From contig OZ024747.1 in the NCBI GenBank assembly GCA_964016885.1, forward strand, positions 54,684,001-54,748,000: DNA of 64,000 bases. Reading direction: 5' to 3'. The notes beneath the pieces were generated by a model that had not been told where the DNA came from, ran no database searches, and was given only the letters and a program-made list of their open reading frames with translations. Source of the stretch: Eledone cirrhosa. Taxonomy: Eukaryota. A program made the position numbers and the translations under genes. Positions 1-14,171 of the stretch are shown here, piece after piece (position 1 is the stretch's first letter; each line of letters starts with the position of its first letter).

Positions 1-50
1 GATGAGGACGTACTGTTGTACCTCTGAAATATGTATAATAAAATTTAATT
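1..50 (+). ncRNA. Minimal type I hammerhead ribozyme motif, 5' end cut by the window edge
   Basis: (ct)GATGA, then stem II gga-c-gtac/tgtt/gtac-c-tct, then GAAA-tatgta-TA-ataaaatt, followed by (TA)n. Same layout as the complete copies at 14101 and 18493. Confidence 0.6.
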
Positions 51-83
51 GATCAAAAGAACATCTATCTTATTAATATTTGT

Positions 84-145
<62 letters not shown>

Positions 146-186
146 GTATACATATATTTGTGCCTGTGTGTATATCAGAATTCTAA

Positions 187-366
187 ATAATTGTTTCTAC
201 TTTTGACACAACGCCAGCAATTATCCCAGTGTATTACTGGTACTTTATTTTATCGACCCCGCAAGGATGAAAGGCAAAGTTAACCTCGGCAGGATTTGAA
301 CTCAGACAATACAGGACCGTAGCTCTATGCTGCAAAGCATGGCGTCCCTCCCTCTACCAATACTGC
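187..366 (-). mobile_element. tRNA-derived SINE (family A)
   Basis: Reverse complement of the ~185 bp unit repeated throughout the window: A-box-like TGGCAGTATCGG, B-box GAGTTCAAATCC, core CATCCTTRCGGGGTCGATAAAATAAAGTACCAGT, tail AGTAGAAACAATTATT. Confidence 0.9.
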
Positions 367-1257
367 ATTTATGCTTACAATTCTATCAGTCTCAGTGTTT
401 AAGCCACAACGCTACTAACATTTTCCTACATGTCTATCTGTTATTTCTTAATCCACTACAGTGATAGGAATTGGATATTCCTGATGAACTGGCAATAACA
501 GGGTTGCTATCTTCTTCGATTCGTTCTGCTGAGAGTGGCCCATGATTTCATTACTGTTCTGATCGGGCAGAATGAAAATAACATGTAATCTAATTGCTTT
601 ATTCATCTCGCCCTTTTATAGAATCAGGGTGTCTCACTCTCTAATATATCTTTTGTATCTTCTTTGAGATTGCATGTTTTACTTTGAAAAACGTAGCTGC
701 TATTTCTAGCAGAAAGTTCTGCTATATAGATACCGCTTTTCCACTCCCACAAAAATAAGATTCATTTAATCGTCTTTTTTAAATATATAAATTGAATGCT
801 GTTCTTCTTTGAAACAACGGGAAAGAAGTGTAGCAATGGTGAATATAACAAAGACATTTTGATTAAGGTGTCAAGTTAGATATATGTGAATGTCTTATCA
901 AAATTGATTCTTATATATCTCTCTTTATGTATGTGCGTTGGTGGAGGTGGGAGTGGTATTCATTTAACCATTGCTTTCTGCCCTTTACAGATCACTCAAA
1001 AGGAACTATTTTTAATCCAAGTGATTATTGAGGATGTCTGTATTGCGATGTGTTAAATAAATATACACCAGAGTCCGAACACAATGGAACCAAACTCCGA
1101 CTGTTACTGCCTCCGTCTCTCCCGCTCAGATGTTTGTTACGTCCAATTTTACCGACAATAAAAATAGAATTTATACCTGCATTATTAATAACTAAGAATT
1201 CAACTTCGTATTTCAGAAGTTGATATTTCTTTCAAATCCTACTGAAATATGATTCAT

Positions 1258-1447
1258 TGTGGATTGGCAGTATCGGTAGAGTGTCGGAAACCATGCTTTT
1301 GCGCATAGAGTTACGGCCCTTGCCATTATGTGTTCAAATCTCGCCGAGGTTAACTTTGCATTTCATCCTTACGGGGTCGATAAAATAAAGTACCAGTAAT
1401 GTACTGGTTAATTTGCTGGCCTTTTGCCAATAGTAGAAACAATTATT
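1258..1447 (+). mobile_element. SINE family A
   Basis: Near full-length copy with A/B boxes, core and AGAAACAATTATT tail. Confidence 0.9.
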
Positions 1448-1779
1448 TTACTAACGTTTGATTAAAAATAACTCAAAGAAATATACTGAGAAATCTGAAA
1501 CAAACACAACGCCAGGTCCAAATTTTTTACCTACAGACCAACTGATAAAAATCATATTATTATGTGATAAAGGAATCAATGGACCCATTTTTCAACGCAA
1601 ACATTTCTAAGAGGAATATGAGTAGAGATATGAAGGAAATGTGGTTATTTCTTGCAGTTCAAGTAAATAACAACGTAGGATGCAGATTTTCATGGAGCCT
1701 GGTGTTGTATTAAAACTGCGTTTCAAACTCTTCTGGAAAAAAGACGACAAAGTTGTTTTATTATTGGACGTGTAATAGC

Positions 1780-1972
1780 TGTATCTGTGGAGTATTGACC
1801 AATATGTTTTGTGCCATGTAGTTATGGGCTTTTACGCACAGAGTTTAAATCCGCCGAGGTTAACATTGTCTTTCCTCCTTACGGTATCGTTAAAATAAAG
1901 TACTAGACACGCAGTGGACTCGATTTTCCTCTTCTCAAGCTTTGGCCTTGCGCCTCAATCAGAAATAATTAT
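1780..1972 (+). mobile_element. SINE family A, degenerate
   Basis: gagtttaaatccgccgaggttaacattgtctttcctccttacggtatcgttaaaataaagtac matches the family core. Confidence 0.8.
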
Positions 1973-2107
1973 TATACCTATATCAAATGATCTGTCACAT
2001 CACAACATGAATTTGATCACTATTATCTGAAGGGTCAGACGACAAATCTGGGCATATTGGAAACATAAAACATAAGGAATTTGTTTGTGGGTGATTAGTC
2101 CCTAACG

Positions 2108-2300
2108 AGGGTGGAGGATAGGCAGTATCGGCAGAGTATCATGCCAGGCTTTGCAGTATAGAGTTATTTCCCTTTCTGGTCTGAGTTCAAATCCCGCCTA
2201 GGTTAACTTTCCCTGTCATCTTTACGGGGTCGATAAAATAAAGTACCAGTAATACACTGGGATAATTGCTTGCCTTGTGCCAAAAGAAGAAACAATTATT
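2108..2300 (+). mobile_element. SINE family A
   Basis: Full-length copy with A/B boxes, core and tail. Confidence 0.9.
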
Positions 2301-2481
2301 AGTATTATTATTATTTCTTCGCCCATCTACCAACGCTTGAGATGTATTAAAGTGTTAGCTGTTCATTACCACTGAACTGAGATAACACCCCTTATTTTTC
2401 GAGTACCCTCCGGAGTATTCGAGCTGTGTTTTTGTAAGTCTTCCATCTGCATTGCAATCCCTATTATCATTACTGCTTAAT

Positions 2482-2533
<52 letters not shown>

Positions 2534-2634
2534 GGTGGTGGTGGTGGTGGTGGTGGTGGTGTTAGCAGCAGCAATAGCATTAGTACCGTATATATGTATG
2601 CTTTTATGTATTTATGTATTTAGGTATGTGTTTG

Positions 2635-2711
<77 letters not shown>

Positions 2712-2920
2712 TGTGTGTTTGTGCAGGTGAGGTTTATTGTCGGTGTATTCCAGATCTTAATTCATTTAGTAATATAACAGAAAAAAACATGATGTGGAAT
2801 CGCCACAGAATAATGGTGAAAGTTTTGAACTGCCAAATCAATGGGTTTGAAAGTGAATAGCCATGCTTTTGTAAATTGGGCTAACTTGCAGGCCAGCAAT
2901 TTATTAATCTCTCACTCCCG

Positions 2921-2989
<69 letters not shown>

Positions 2990-3098
2990 CTCTCACACAA
3001 ACACACAATCATATATATATGAATGTATGTATATATATATATAAATATATATATATAAATATATATATATACATACATATATATAGATATATATTTAT

Positions 3099-3152
<54 letters not shown>

Positions 3153-4039
3153 TATATATATATACATACACACGCACATATTTATATATCTATATCTATA
3201 TATGTTTGTGTGCGTATATGTGTGTATACACATACACATATATACATGTTGTATATATGCATGCCTATGCACGCAAGTACACATATATAGTGCACGTTTT
3301 CTATAACATTCTTTAGGTCATTTTTGCTTTCATTTTGTATCGTACATTTATTTTATATTTTATATTTTTATATGAAAATAAATGTAAAATAAAAAAGAAG
3401 AAAAAAAAAACTGCGAATATTCTATCAAAATCAAACAAAAAACCCCACATATTTCTGATTTCCTTTTGGATTACAATGGACAATGGTCGACTTCTTCATG
3501 AGTCCATTCGCGTTTTCTGACTTACTATGTCCTGAGCCCCACGGCTTCAATATTAACATCAACAGAAAGTTAAACAACAAAAATAATTACAATAACAACA
3601 ACAACAATAACAACAATGACATCCACAAGAACGATAACAGCAACCACAATAATAACAATAACGACGACATCAAGATCTTTAAAGAACTCAACAAGGATGG
3701 GAACAACAACATCAGCGACAATAATAAAAAGCTACAGGTGTCTAAGATTTTGGGGACAGTACGAATATGAAAATTTAGGGAAAACAAGATACAGTGCGGG
3801 ATCTATATTGTGTAAAAAGGCGAGGTTCTGCATTTACAAAAAAAATAAAAAAACACCAATAATAATAATGATGAGGTTGATGATGACTATGATGATGATG
3901 AAAATATATTGATAATAATAATAATTTAGAGAAGAAAAATTTATTATAAAGAAAATACATGCGCCACAGCAACCCCATAAAAATACAAGGAACAGTGAAC
4001 ACATCCCAACCCAACAGCAACACCCCCAACACCACACAC

Positions 4040-4409
4040 ACACATACACACACACACAAACCACGATCACCCCCACCGCTGCCACCGCAACCATCATCAC
4101 CATCACCACCATCACCACCATCACCACCATCACCACTACCGCCATCAACACCACCAACACCAATACCGCCGCTGCCGCCACCGCCACCACCACCACCACC
4201 ACACGCACCACCACCACCACCACTACCACCACCATTATAATCAATATCAACACCTTTCCCTCGCAAAACCCCATCCTCGCCATTACAAAAACACAAATAA
4301 TGAATAAAAGGAGGTTGTGGTGTTTGACAACAACAACAATAGCATCAACATCATCATCATAATCATCATCATCATCTTCAGCAACTGCCATAATACCACC
4401 AACAAAATT

Positions 4410-4508
<99 letters not shown>

Positions 4509-4520
4509 TTCAACAACAAC
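4040..4520. repeat. Compound (CCA)n/(CAT)n trinucleotide repeat
   Basis: Directly visible; source of the poly-G/P/D/I/M ORFs. Confidence 0.9.
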
Positions 4521-4840
4521 AGCCATAACCATCAACAAAGAAAGAACGTGTACACTAAACCTCTCCCAAACTACTTTAATACATATATTTAGAAAGAAAA
4601 AGAAAATCAAGGAGGGGGAGGAATGCGAATGAAAGAAACAACAAAACACCGCTCTATCACCCCTTTCTTTCTCTTTCTCACCATAAATATACGTGGGTAT
4701 GTGTGTATGTATATGTATATATATGCATATATACGGATATACCGATACGCATACTCATATTCATGTATATATACAATTTATGTATATATGATACATTTAT
4801 GCTTATATAATATATATGTATGCGTGTAATATATATATAA

Positions 4841-4891
<51 letters not shown>

Positions 4892-4926
4892 ATTATAAAA
4901 TATACATATACAAATATATATACATA

Positions 4927-4970
<44 letters not shown>

Positions 4971-5225
4971 TGAATACAAGTGTAAGTATGAGCCACAATA
5001 AAATACCTTTATTGTATCCCATAATGCCCTGACAGGCAATATCCTAAATTTGATTGCAACTCTTTTGCTGGCAGGATATAGTAACTTTTCAACAAGCACT
5101 ACGTGTGTGGACCCCCCCCCCCCCCCACACACATATACACTCACACACACAGTCACACAGACAAACACACACTCACACACATATATATATATATTCATAT
5201 ATATATATACATATATATATACATT

Positions 5226-5285
<60 letters not shown>

Positions 5286-5849
5286 AATATATATATATAC
5301 ATATGTAAATTCATACGTACATACCTATATAAATATACCGATATAATTTAAGAACCAATTCATGAAAAAAGAAGCACCAAAAAATCCTACAATGAAAGAA
5401 AAATACAAAAAAAAAAAAAAATTACAACAAAAAATAGACTATATGGAGAATGAAATATAATACCTGGTTCTGGAATGTTCGGAACTAAATGAAGAGAAGA
5501 AAACTGTAAGCTGACAAAGGAAAGAATTGAATTTAGTTTAGCCATAAATATATGCCCTCTCCAAAAAATGGTTTATTGAAATAATATGGAGTTTCAAGAT
5601 TTCTGCGATAATGAAATGCTTTCATAGACTGAAGAATATCCCTTTTGGTAATATTCCATAGTGGACACTTCTATGAAATTTTGTATGAGATTTCTTTATG
5701 GTTTTTTTTCTAGTTATATGCATCCACAAAGCTTAAAATTCCGGACAAACGTAAATGTTGGAAACATGAAAAAAAAAAAGAAAGAAAAAAATAGAATTGT
5801 ATAAATATACTAAAAGCGGAGCAATTTGAAGATGCGTGTATATATATAT

Positions 5850-6161
5850 AGTTGTGTATGTATGTATGTATGTATGTATGTATGTATGTATGTATGTATG
5901 TATGTATGTATGTATGTATGTATGTATGTATGTATGTATGTATGTATGTGTGTATGTGTGCTTGCATGTATGTATGTGTGCTTGTATATATGTGTGCTTG
6001 TATGTATGTATGTATGTATGTGTGTATGTGTGCTTGCATGTATGTATGTGTGCTTGTATATATGTGTGCTTGTATGTATGTATGTATGTATGTATGTATG
6101 TGTGCTTGTATGTATGTATATATGTCTGTATGTTTGTGTGTAAGTATGAATGCATGCATAA

Positions 6162-6195
<34 letters not shown>

Positions 6196-6244
6196 ATGTA
6201 TGTATGTATGTATGTATGTATGTATGTATGTATGTATGTATGCA

Positions 6245-6324
<80 letters not shown>

Positions 6325-6482
6325 AACGCATATACATATATAAAAATAAATATATACGTGTGGGTGTGCACATATATATGGGAATTTAAGTACCGCCTAT
6401 CTTAGCCTACACACACGCAAACAAACATATATACATACATATATACATACATACGTAAATACATACATACATACGTACATAC

Positions 6483-6513
<31 letters not shown>

Positions 6514-6562
6514 CATACATACCTATATACATACATACATACATACATACGTACGTACATAC

Positions 6563-6655
<93 letters not shown>

Positions 6656-6660
6656 TATGT
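5850..6660. repeat. (TATG)n / (CATA)n / (TA)n compound microsatellite
   Basis: Directly visible; the TATG tract is followed by the complementary CATA tract. Confidence 0.95.
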
Positions 6661-6928
6661 TCAATTATATATATATATATCTAGGAGTGTATATGGTGAG
6701 AAACAATTACAAAGACAATTGGTTACAGATTTTGTCAATTTTGGCTTTGGGACATAGAATTGTGTGTGGTTTGGAATAGCAAGCGTTCTCTACTTATGAA
6801 TAGATATTAGTCTACACCACCCATACCAAACTACAGGCTTATACAATCTTTGAATACTTATCTTTTTCTCTATATTTTTTTTATTTATATATCAAATACA
6901 TATATTTATATATTATATATACATATAT

Positions 6929-7016
<88 letters not shown>

Positions 7017-7046
7017 GTAAGTATGCATATATATACACACACACAT

Positions 7047-7091
<45 letters not shown>

Positions 7092-7515
7092 AACATTATA
7101 TTCATATGGCTATTAATATCTCTATATCTATATATCTTCGTAACTCATATTTTCTAGTAAACTATCCTTATATTTTATGCAGTCAATATACGCATTCACA
7201 TATATACACACAATCACACCCTTGTGTTTCTGTACATTCACACCCGCGTTTATTCATAAAGCGTCATACATACATGCATATATCTTTCCATATAAGTCTA
7301 GTCATACATATATATTTACATGTTTATAACTTTTCCCCGTTTGAATATTCCTTCACAGACATATATAATTAGTTACTTATATATTTAATCATTTTACATA
7401 TCCGTATAGAACTAATAAAAGATTACTGACTAGAAGAGCTATATAATACCATTTATTTAATTAATTTAAGTGTCCGTAAAGACCTAATTTGTCTTACCTG
7501 ACTAGGATAGGTATA

Positions 7516-7626
7516 TAATTGTTTCTACGTTAGGCACAAAGCCAGCAATTATCAAGTGCATTACTGGTACTTTATTTTATCGACCCCGTAAGGATGAAAG
7601 TCAAAGTTAACCTCGGCGGGATTTGG
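7516..7626 (-). mobile_element. SINE family A, 5'-truncated
   Basis: Tail and core present; ends in the B-box region. Confidence 0.85.
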
Positions 7627-8172
7627 TATATAATAATAAGGATAGGTATATAATGCCCTTTGTAGAGTAAAGTTAAATGTCCGTATAGAAATGGTAAGAT
7701 ATGACTAACAAGGAGAGGTATCTAATACCATTACAATTTAGAAACAACAAGAGAGATGTAGAGATAGAAAAAAAGAAAGAAAAAGAAACGTGGAGACAAA
7801 GGAGCACGGTTTTTAAAAAAAGGAAAAAACGTTAAATAATAAGTTTGAAAGCAGAGGCAACAAAATCTCCACGGTGTTTAAATACAGAGAAAGTCTCCGA
7901 TTTCCGAATGGCTAATGACAGGAGAAGGACACCCAGGTGTCATGAACTGGATGAAGCTTGGGCCCCCTTTGATTGTAAGAAGTTAAGGGCAGTAACACTC
8001 GCGTGAGACGTGTTTCTTCCCTGAAAATCTTCTGCTGTCCAGTTCTCCTTAGAGTTTCTTATGGCAGCTAAATATTTCTGTTATATAACCTTGTCATAGC
8101 GTCTTTATACTAAAAAACCTGTTTATTGTTGGTAGAATCTTTGCAATATAATAGACATTCAAAACCATTAAG

Positions 8173-8354
8173 GGCGGTGGATTGGCAGTATTGGTAGAGG
8201 GTCGGACGCCATGCTTAGCAGCAAAGAGTTACAGCCCTTTATGGTCTGAGTTCAAATCCCGCCGAGGTTAACTTTGCCTGTCATCCTTACGGGGTTGATA
8301 AAATAAAGTAACACACTGGGATAATTGCTGGCCTTGTGTCAAAAGTAGAAACAA
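8173..8354 (+). mobile_element. SINE family A (tail interrupted by a Helitron)
   Basis: Runs from ggcggtggattggcagtattgg to agtagaaacaa; the missing TTAT of the tail resumes at 9207. Confidence 0.9.
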
Positions 8355-9206
8355 CTAGCAGAATGGCCCGGTGTTGCTCGGGATTTTAAACATAGATTGG
8401 CATGTTTATCTCTCCTTTCTGAAACAGTACAGAGAAGTACGGAATACTTCGGCCTGGGGGTGGTGTCTACATTTTGTGCTTATAAAAAAAATTCGTCGTA
8501 GATTACCAGGGGTTTAACTTAATTGGGTGACTGAGAATAAAATGTTCAACCCACGAAAGCGAAGACGATAGGGTTAAGTAAAAAGGCATTCGACAAACCG
8601 AACATGTATTTGTTGTGCTATGGTACAATGAAAGCAATAGTTACAGAGCAGTAAGCATGTGGGACTGCAGTGGTGAAGTGCATGAAGGAATTTAGTTGGA
8701 TACTTTTAAGGTTACAGGCCCAAACGCAACCAAAATGGTAAACAATGCGGCTCCCGGCAAAAATTTGAAATCTCCTTCAATCAAGAAAATTTGTGAAAAA
8801 AGTAATGCATATGCAAATTTAAAAAAAAATCGATTGGGTACTTCTCGAGTTACTGGCCCTGACGCAACCAAAATGCTTTTAAAAATCGGTTTTTCGCCTA
8901 ATACTGTCTGGGTAAAAAAATGAGAAAATCTGTTTTGCTCAAAACACTTTAAACGACATAAGTAATGCACATCTTGAAGAAATCACCTGGATTATTGTTC
9001 CGTTATGCCTCAAAAAAGCTTTTAAAGCCTAAAATATGCGGTTTTTCGCATAATGCGGTCCGGTCCCTAGGGCATTGAACATTTGAAATTTGCCCCAAAC
9101 ACTCACACGACCATAAGTATTACATGTTTAAAATTTGAAAAAATAGGTTGGGTAGTTCTCGAGTTTTAGGGGGACAGACAGGCATTCTCTGTTCTAGATA
9201 TATAGA
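8355..9206 (-). mobile_element. Non-autonomous Helitron-like element
   Basis: On the minus strand it begins TC(TATATATCTAG) and ends CTAG, with a GC-rich hairpin CCCGAGCAACACCGGG shortly upstream of the CTAG. It lies between host A and T with no target-site duplication (TSD). Internal repeated motif gttac(a/t)ggccc..acgcaaccaaaatg. Confidence 0.75.
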
Positions 9207-9439
9207 TTATCAAATTCACGAACACCTCATATGCAAACCTAGTCTGCATGGAAATTCCATATTTATCATTATTTCTTAGCTCATACATCTGACCGTCAAT
9301 GATAATTAACATTGCGTGATGTCGGACATCCGCCGGTTCAGACGATGAATCGAGTTTTCCAGTTGTTCAAAAATCATTAATTTCACGAACAGGCTATATT
9401 TGTAATCCAAAAGTTGGAACACTCTTCTTGAGATCCGAC

Positions 9440-9487
<48 letters not shown>

Positions 9488-9544
9488 AAGTCAAAGAGAG
9501 TGAGAGAGTGAGAGAAAGGGGGGAGTTAGTTCAACAGCAAATTA

Positions 9545-9742
9545 TGAAGCCAAACTCGAGAATGTGCGATTCACCGAGCGGATTTTCAACCAGTGCTTGG
9601 CTGCTGCACGTTCTCCCCGCAAGCATATAGGTCTTGAAAATCCGTATGAGTATGGTTTGCTAATTTGTCGTGGAACCAACTCTTCCTCTGGACTGACTGC
9701 TGTACTTACTACTGATATAACCACCCGGTTTTCAACCACTAT
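9545..9742. mobile_element. Fold-back repeat related to 37125-37370 (probable Penelope-like terminus)
   Basis: Shares aactcgag..gcg.ttcaccgagcggatttt and tatggtttgct.a.tt..gtggaaccaactct with the 37.2 kb copy; internal inverted repeat; abuts (TA)n. Confidence 0.55.
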
Positions 9743-9748
9743 ATATGC

Positions 9749-9782
<34 letters not shown>

Positions 9783-9788
<6 letters not shown>

Positions 9789-10650
9789 AAAACGTGCTGC
9801 GGGGTTGCTAATGGGTTACATATGAATAAAGTTAGTCCTTCTTCCACACTTTTCGTTGCTTCACCATTTTTGTTTCTTTACACTCGTGTTCCCTTTATTT
9901 ACGTGTCCCAACGACTTTTTTTAGCCGTTGCTCGCACCAACCGGAGGTATATGGTGTTTAAAGCAATGAAATACCAATGATGGTTGGAAGATCACTGATG
10001 AAGGACTAACTTTATTCATATGTAACCCATTAGCAACCCCGCAGCACGTTTATTTCATATTTACACATATTTTTTTCCCCGCTGTTACACGTCTATTTCG
10101 TTTTTACTGCTTCCTCTTTCTCTGTAACTCTACCCTCTCTAGCAGTCACTCTCACTGTTAGTCTCTTCCTCACCCTTCACTCACTCATTCTCTGTTACTA
10201 CCTCTCCTCCTCCTCCTTCTTTCCGTTTGACCTGTGCGTAATTCTTTTCTTTTGCACCCTTGGTCTGGCAGGTCGCTTTTTTTCTCTCTCTCGTCTACGA
10301 TTTCACAGAACTTACGTTCACCGAAATCACAGACTAGATTCCTTCTTCCTCCTGTTAGACCTGTACGGAATTCCTTCCTTGCTTACATTCCAACCAGGTT
10401 TGGTGGTCTTTATTCTCTCTCGTTCACGATTCCACCGAATTTAAATTCATAGAAATTTGGGACTTGACTCCTTCTTCCTCACTTTTCGTTGCTTCACCAT
10501 TTTTATTTGTTTACACTCGTGTTCCCTTTATTTACGTGGCCCAACGACTTTTTTTAGCCGTTGCTCGCACCAACCGGAGGTATATGGTCTTTAAAGCGAC
10601 GAAATACCAATGATGGTTGGAAGATCACTGATGAAGGACTAACTTTATTC
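9783..10650 (+). mobile_element. Penelope-like element remnant: inverted partial terminus plus two direct ~170 bp terminal repeats around a pyrimidine-rich body
   Basis: 9788-9842 is the reverse complement of ~10000-10052; 9838-10020 repeats at ~10472-10650; (TA)n lies on both sides; a related copy is on the minus strand at 51285-51578. Confidence 0.6.
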
Positions 10651-10678
10651 ATATATATATATATACATACACATATAT

Positions 10679-10717
<39 letters not shown>

Positions 10718-11057
10718 CAGTATATACAGAGAGAAAGAGAGAGAGAAATGTATATATATATATATATATTTATATACATATGTATATATATACATATGTG
10801 TGTATGTGTTGCATGTATGTGTATATGTGCGTAGGTGTGTATGTATGTGTGTGCATGTGTTTGATTCAGTTTTGTATAGATGATATTATAGAACACTATC
10901 AAATAATATTGATTACATTATTTTTTGACTTAATAGCATTTCATACCCGCGTGAATCAGTCAATCTCTGATTTAACGATACTTACTGATTCTATATATTT
11001 CGATTAATATTAATTTCATTATATATTTATATATATATACATATATATATATATACA

Positions 11058-11148
<91 letters not shown>

Positions 11149-11236
11149 ATATATATATATATATATGTGTATATATATATATATATATATACACACACAT
11201 AGAGAAATAGGAATCTAATATATATATATATGGCTG

Positions 11237-11271
<35 letters not shown>

Positions 11272-11517
11272 GTGTATGCTTATATGTGTTCTTTTTAACA
11301 TGGTCCTACATATCACGTTGAATTATTTACTGGAGATACGACAAAAGTTATAATGTGCATTTACAGACACATACATTTACGATTCTTTATAAAGTCGAAT
11401 AGACTACCATTCACACACACACTCACATACACACACATTTATATATGTATATATATACATGCATACATAAGTATACATACTTACATATATATACATAAAT
11501 ATATATATACATATATA

Positions 11518-11626
<109 letters not shown>

Positions 11627-11792
11627 GTATATATAGTCATACGTAGAGACATGGAAATCTAATTCTCACAACTATGCAATGATAGCTAAACGAAAAGAAC
11701 GATCAAAATAATATTTTTTTTAAATCAAAAGAACGTATCGAAATGACTCCATCTTTTTTCCTATATAAAATGTTTAATCCCATATTTCAGTA

Positions 11793-11835
<43 letters not shown>

Positions 11836-12059
11836 CATTATCATTTTTATCAATATCTAATTACCAGAATCTCTGCCGATAAGCCATGAAAAAATTAGTT
11901 CAAAAAGCTTGGATATTTAATACTGTATCAAACTGCTTTTATGTATTCAGAATATGATTAGGCCAAACCGACTTTTTAAGTAAGAACCTTTACATATTTT
12001 TTTCTTTATTGCATTACCCCACCTTATCCCACTCACTACTACTACTACTACTACTACTT

Positions 12060-12100
<41 letters not shown>

Positions 12101-13729
12101 GCTACTAAGGCTGCTGCTGCTGCTTCTTATAGTTATAATAATAATATTAATAATGGTTGTTGTTTTTGTAATTAAGCTGCTACAAATGAATTCAAGTGTT
12201 TATACTTTACCAATGAATGCTCATTAGGTGTCTGAACTAAGAAGTGTCTATAAATTGGTGTAAAAAATTGCTTAAATTGAGTCTTTTGACCTAACCGATT
12301 GGGTTTAAAGAGATTAATAATGTCCAGGGGGAAAAAAACAGGTAAGAAATATCAAACGAAACAGACAAAGAATTAAACAAACAAAAAAAAAGTATAAAGT
12401 TGTGGAATATTTTGAAATACTTTCATTGCTTTGACATAGATCCAAAATATTTTAAGAGTGACGAATGAGGATTTGCGAATCTAAATCACTTCATTTATGA
12501 TAAAAAAATAAACATTTGAAGATTTTGACTTATAATTATGGAGATCTTAAGCCTTGATTATTGTTGTTTGTATTTAGCTTCAGGCACGCTTTGATGGAGC
12601 ATACTTATCAAAAAAAGTTCAAGCCTTGACTAACTTAAGGTACAGTTCTCGCTATCGGAAAGATTGGATCACAGATTTCCTTTGTGTAATATACGAGTGT
12701 AGTCTCTCTTTGTCTAGTGGTTATGATGGGGGGGGGGGGGGGGCGACAATGTGTGGTAAGCATATTTCAAATGTTTGAAACAGACATCTTCTCAAGAAAA
12801 CTCTCTCATGAAATGTTTTGAAGCACAAGTTAAAAAGGATGGGAGAAGACAATGATACGAGCTGCCCCCCCCCCCATAAAAAGTATTATATTTGGATATG
12901 TGTCAGTCTGTTCTAACACAGTGATTGTAAGCTAACGACGAAATGAGAAAAGATAATTTGAAGGTGACAGAGTAATCTGGGGTTGTATGTGGTGTATGCT
13001 GAGTGAACTGTGTAAATGTACACCATTTCTGGGTTCATTTATTGTACGATATTTGATGTTCCATACCGAGAGTAAAATTTACTGTAAGTGTTTGTCATTA
13101 CTCTTGCATTTATTGTTATTGTTGATCTCACACTTTTGTAATTTTGCTATGATTAGTATATACAGTACACAAAAAGGAGGAAGTTTCGACCCCGACCAGA
13201 GGCAGTACTGCTCAATCCGATGGGCATTCAGTCTAAGTAGTTAATCCAACTTTATCCTTGGATTGTTTTATGATTAGAAAATAAGACAGAAGTTACGAGA
13301 AACTAAATTTCGAGGACAGATGATTATAGGATTAATTGTACAAAATTTAAATAATAAGTGAGGTAGAGTGTCAGTTAGACACATGGAGACTATACCAAAC
13401 ACAAAATGAGTGAGGCGCACATGGGAAAATCTTGGCTTATAGCCACAGTCATCAATAGATGACGTGGAACACATCGAGACGAATATATGAGACAATAAGA
13501 GGCAACAGTCCTATGGTAGTGCAGAAGAAATAGTGGGGCTAAACATAGAACAACGAGACAAAAGAAAGAAGGTGGAGTCGGGTATCTCAGAGATAATATT
13601 ACAAAATTGGTAACAGGTAAAAAATGTTTGAAGAAAAATACTTCCAAATGAATACGACGAAATGTGAAAGAAGTATGGACCGAAAAGAAAACACATACAT
13701 ATGATTAAACACTCATGCACACACATACA

Positions 13730-13813
<84 letters not shown>

Positions 13814-13933
13814 GGAGGTGAGTTTTATTGTAGGACAATACAACTATGCATGTATCGGATAAGTTGCACTCAACAGTTTATTGGAGTGGAGTATATATAA
13901 GAAGAAATTAAAAGTTGGTTAAAAAGTTCCATA

Positions 13934-14004
13934 TATTTTATTATGCGCATTTCAAAAACAAATATCATCCTGGGACGATAGTTGCGTTCTCATCAGATAA
14001 AATA
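13934..14004 (-). ncRNA. Minimal type I hammerhead ribozyme (mirror copy)
   Basis: Reverse complement of 14101-14171. Confidence 0.8.
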
Positions 14005-14100
14005 AGGTAACATGATATGATGCCTAAAAAACACTTGTGAACAAGTGACTGTACACTTCGTTGTTCACAAGTGTTTTATAGGCATCATATCATGTTACCT

Positions 14101-14171
14101 TATTTTATCTGATGAGAACGCAACTATCGTCCCAGGATGATATTTGTTTTTGAAATGCGCATAATAAAATA
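14101..14171 (+). ncRNA. Minimal type I hammerhead ribozyme
   Basis: Stem I tattttat/ataaaata; CTGATGA at 14109-14115; stem II gaa.gcaa.tatcgtcc/ggatgata.ttgt.ttt; GAAA at 14152-14155; palindromic stem III ATGCGCAT; AUA cleavage triplet. Confidence 0.8.

Noticed and set aside
478-520. CTGATGA as a hammerhead core (also at ~20173, 22114, 38539, 52021, 54803)
   Set aside because: No stem II-GAAA-stem III-UH arrangement follows.
1258-1350. tRNA gene (A and B boxes)
   Set aside because: The boxes belong to the SINE head; there is no complete cloverleaf and the sequence continues into the SINE core.
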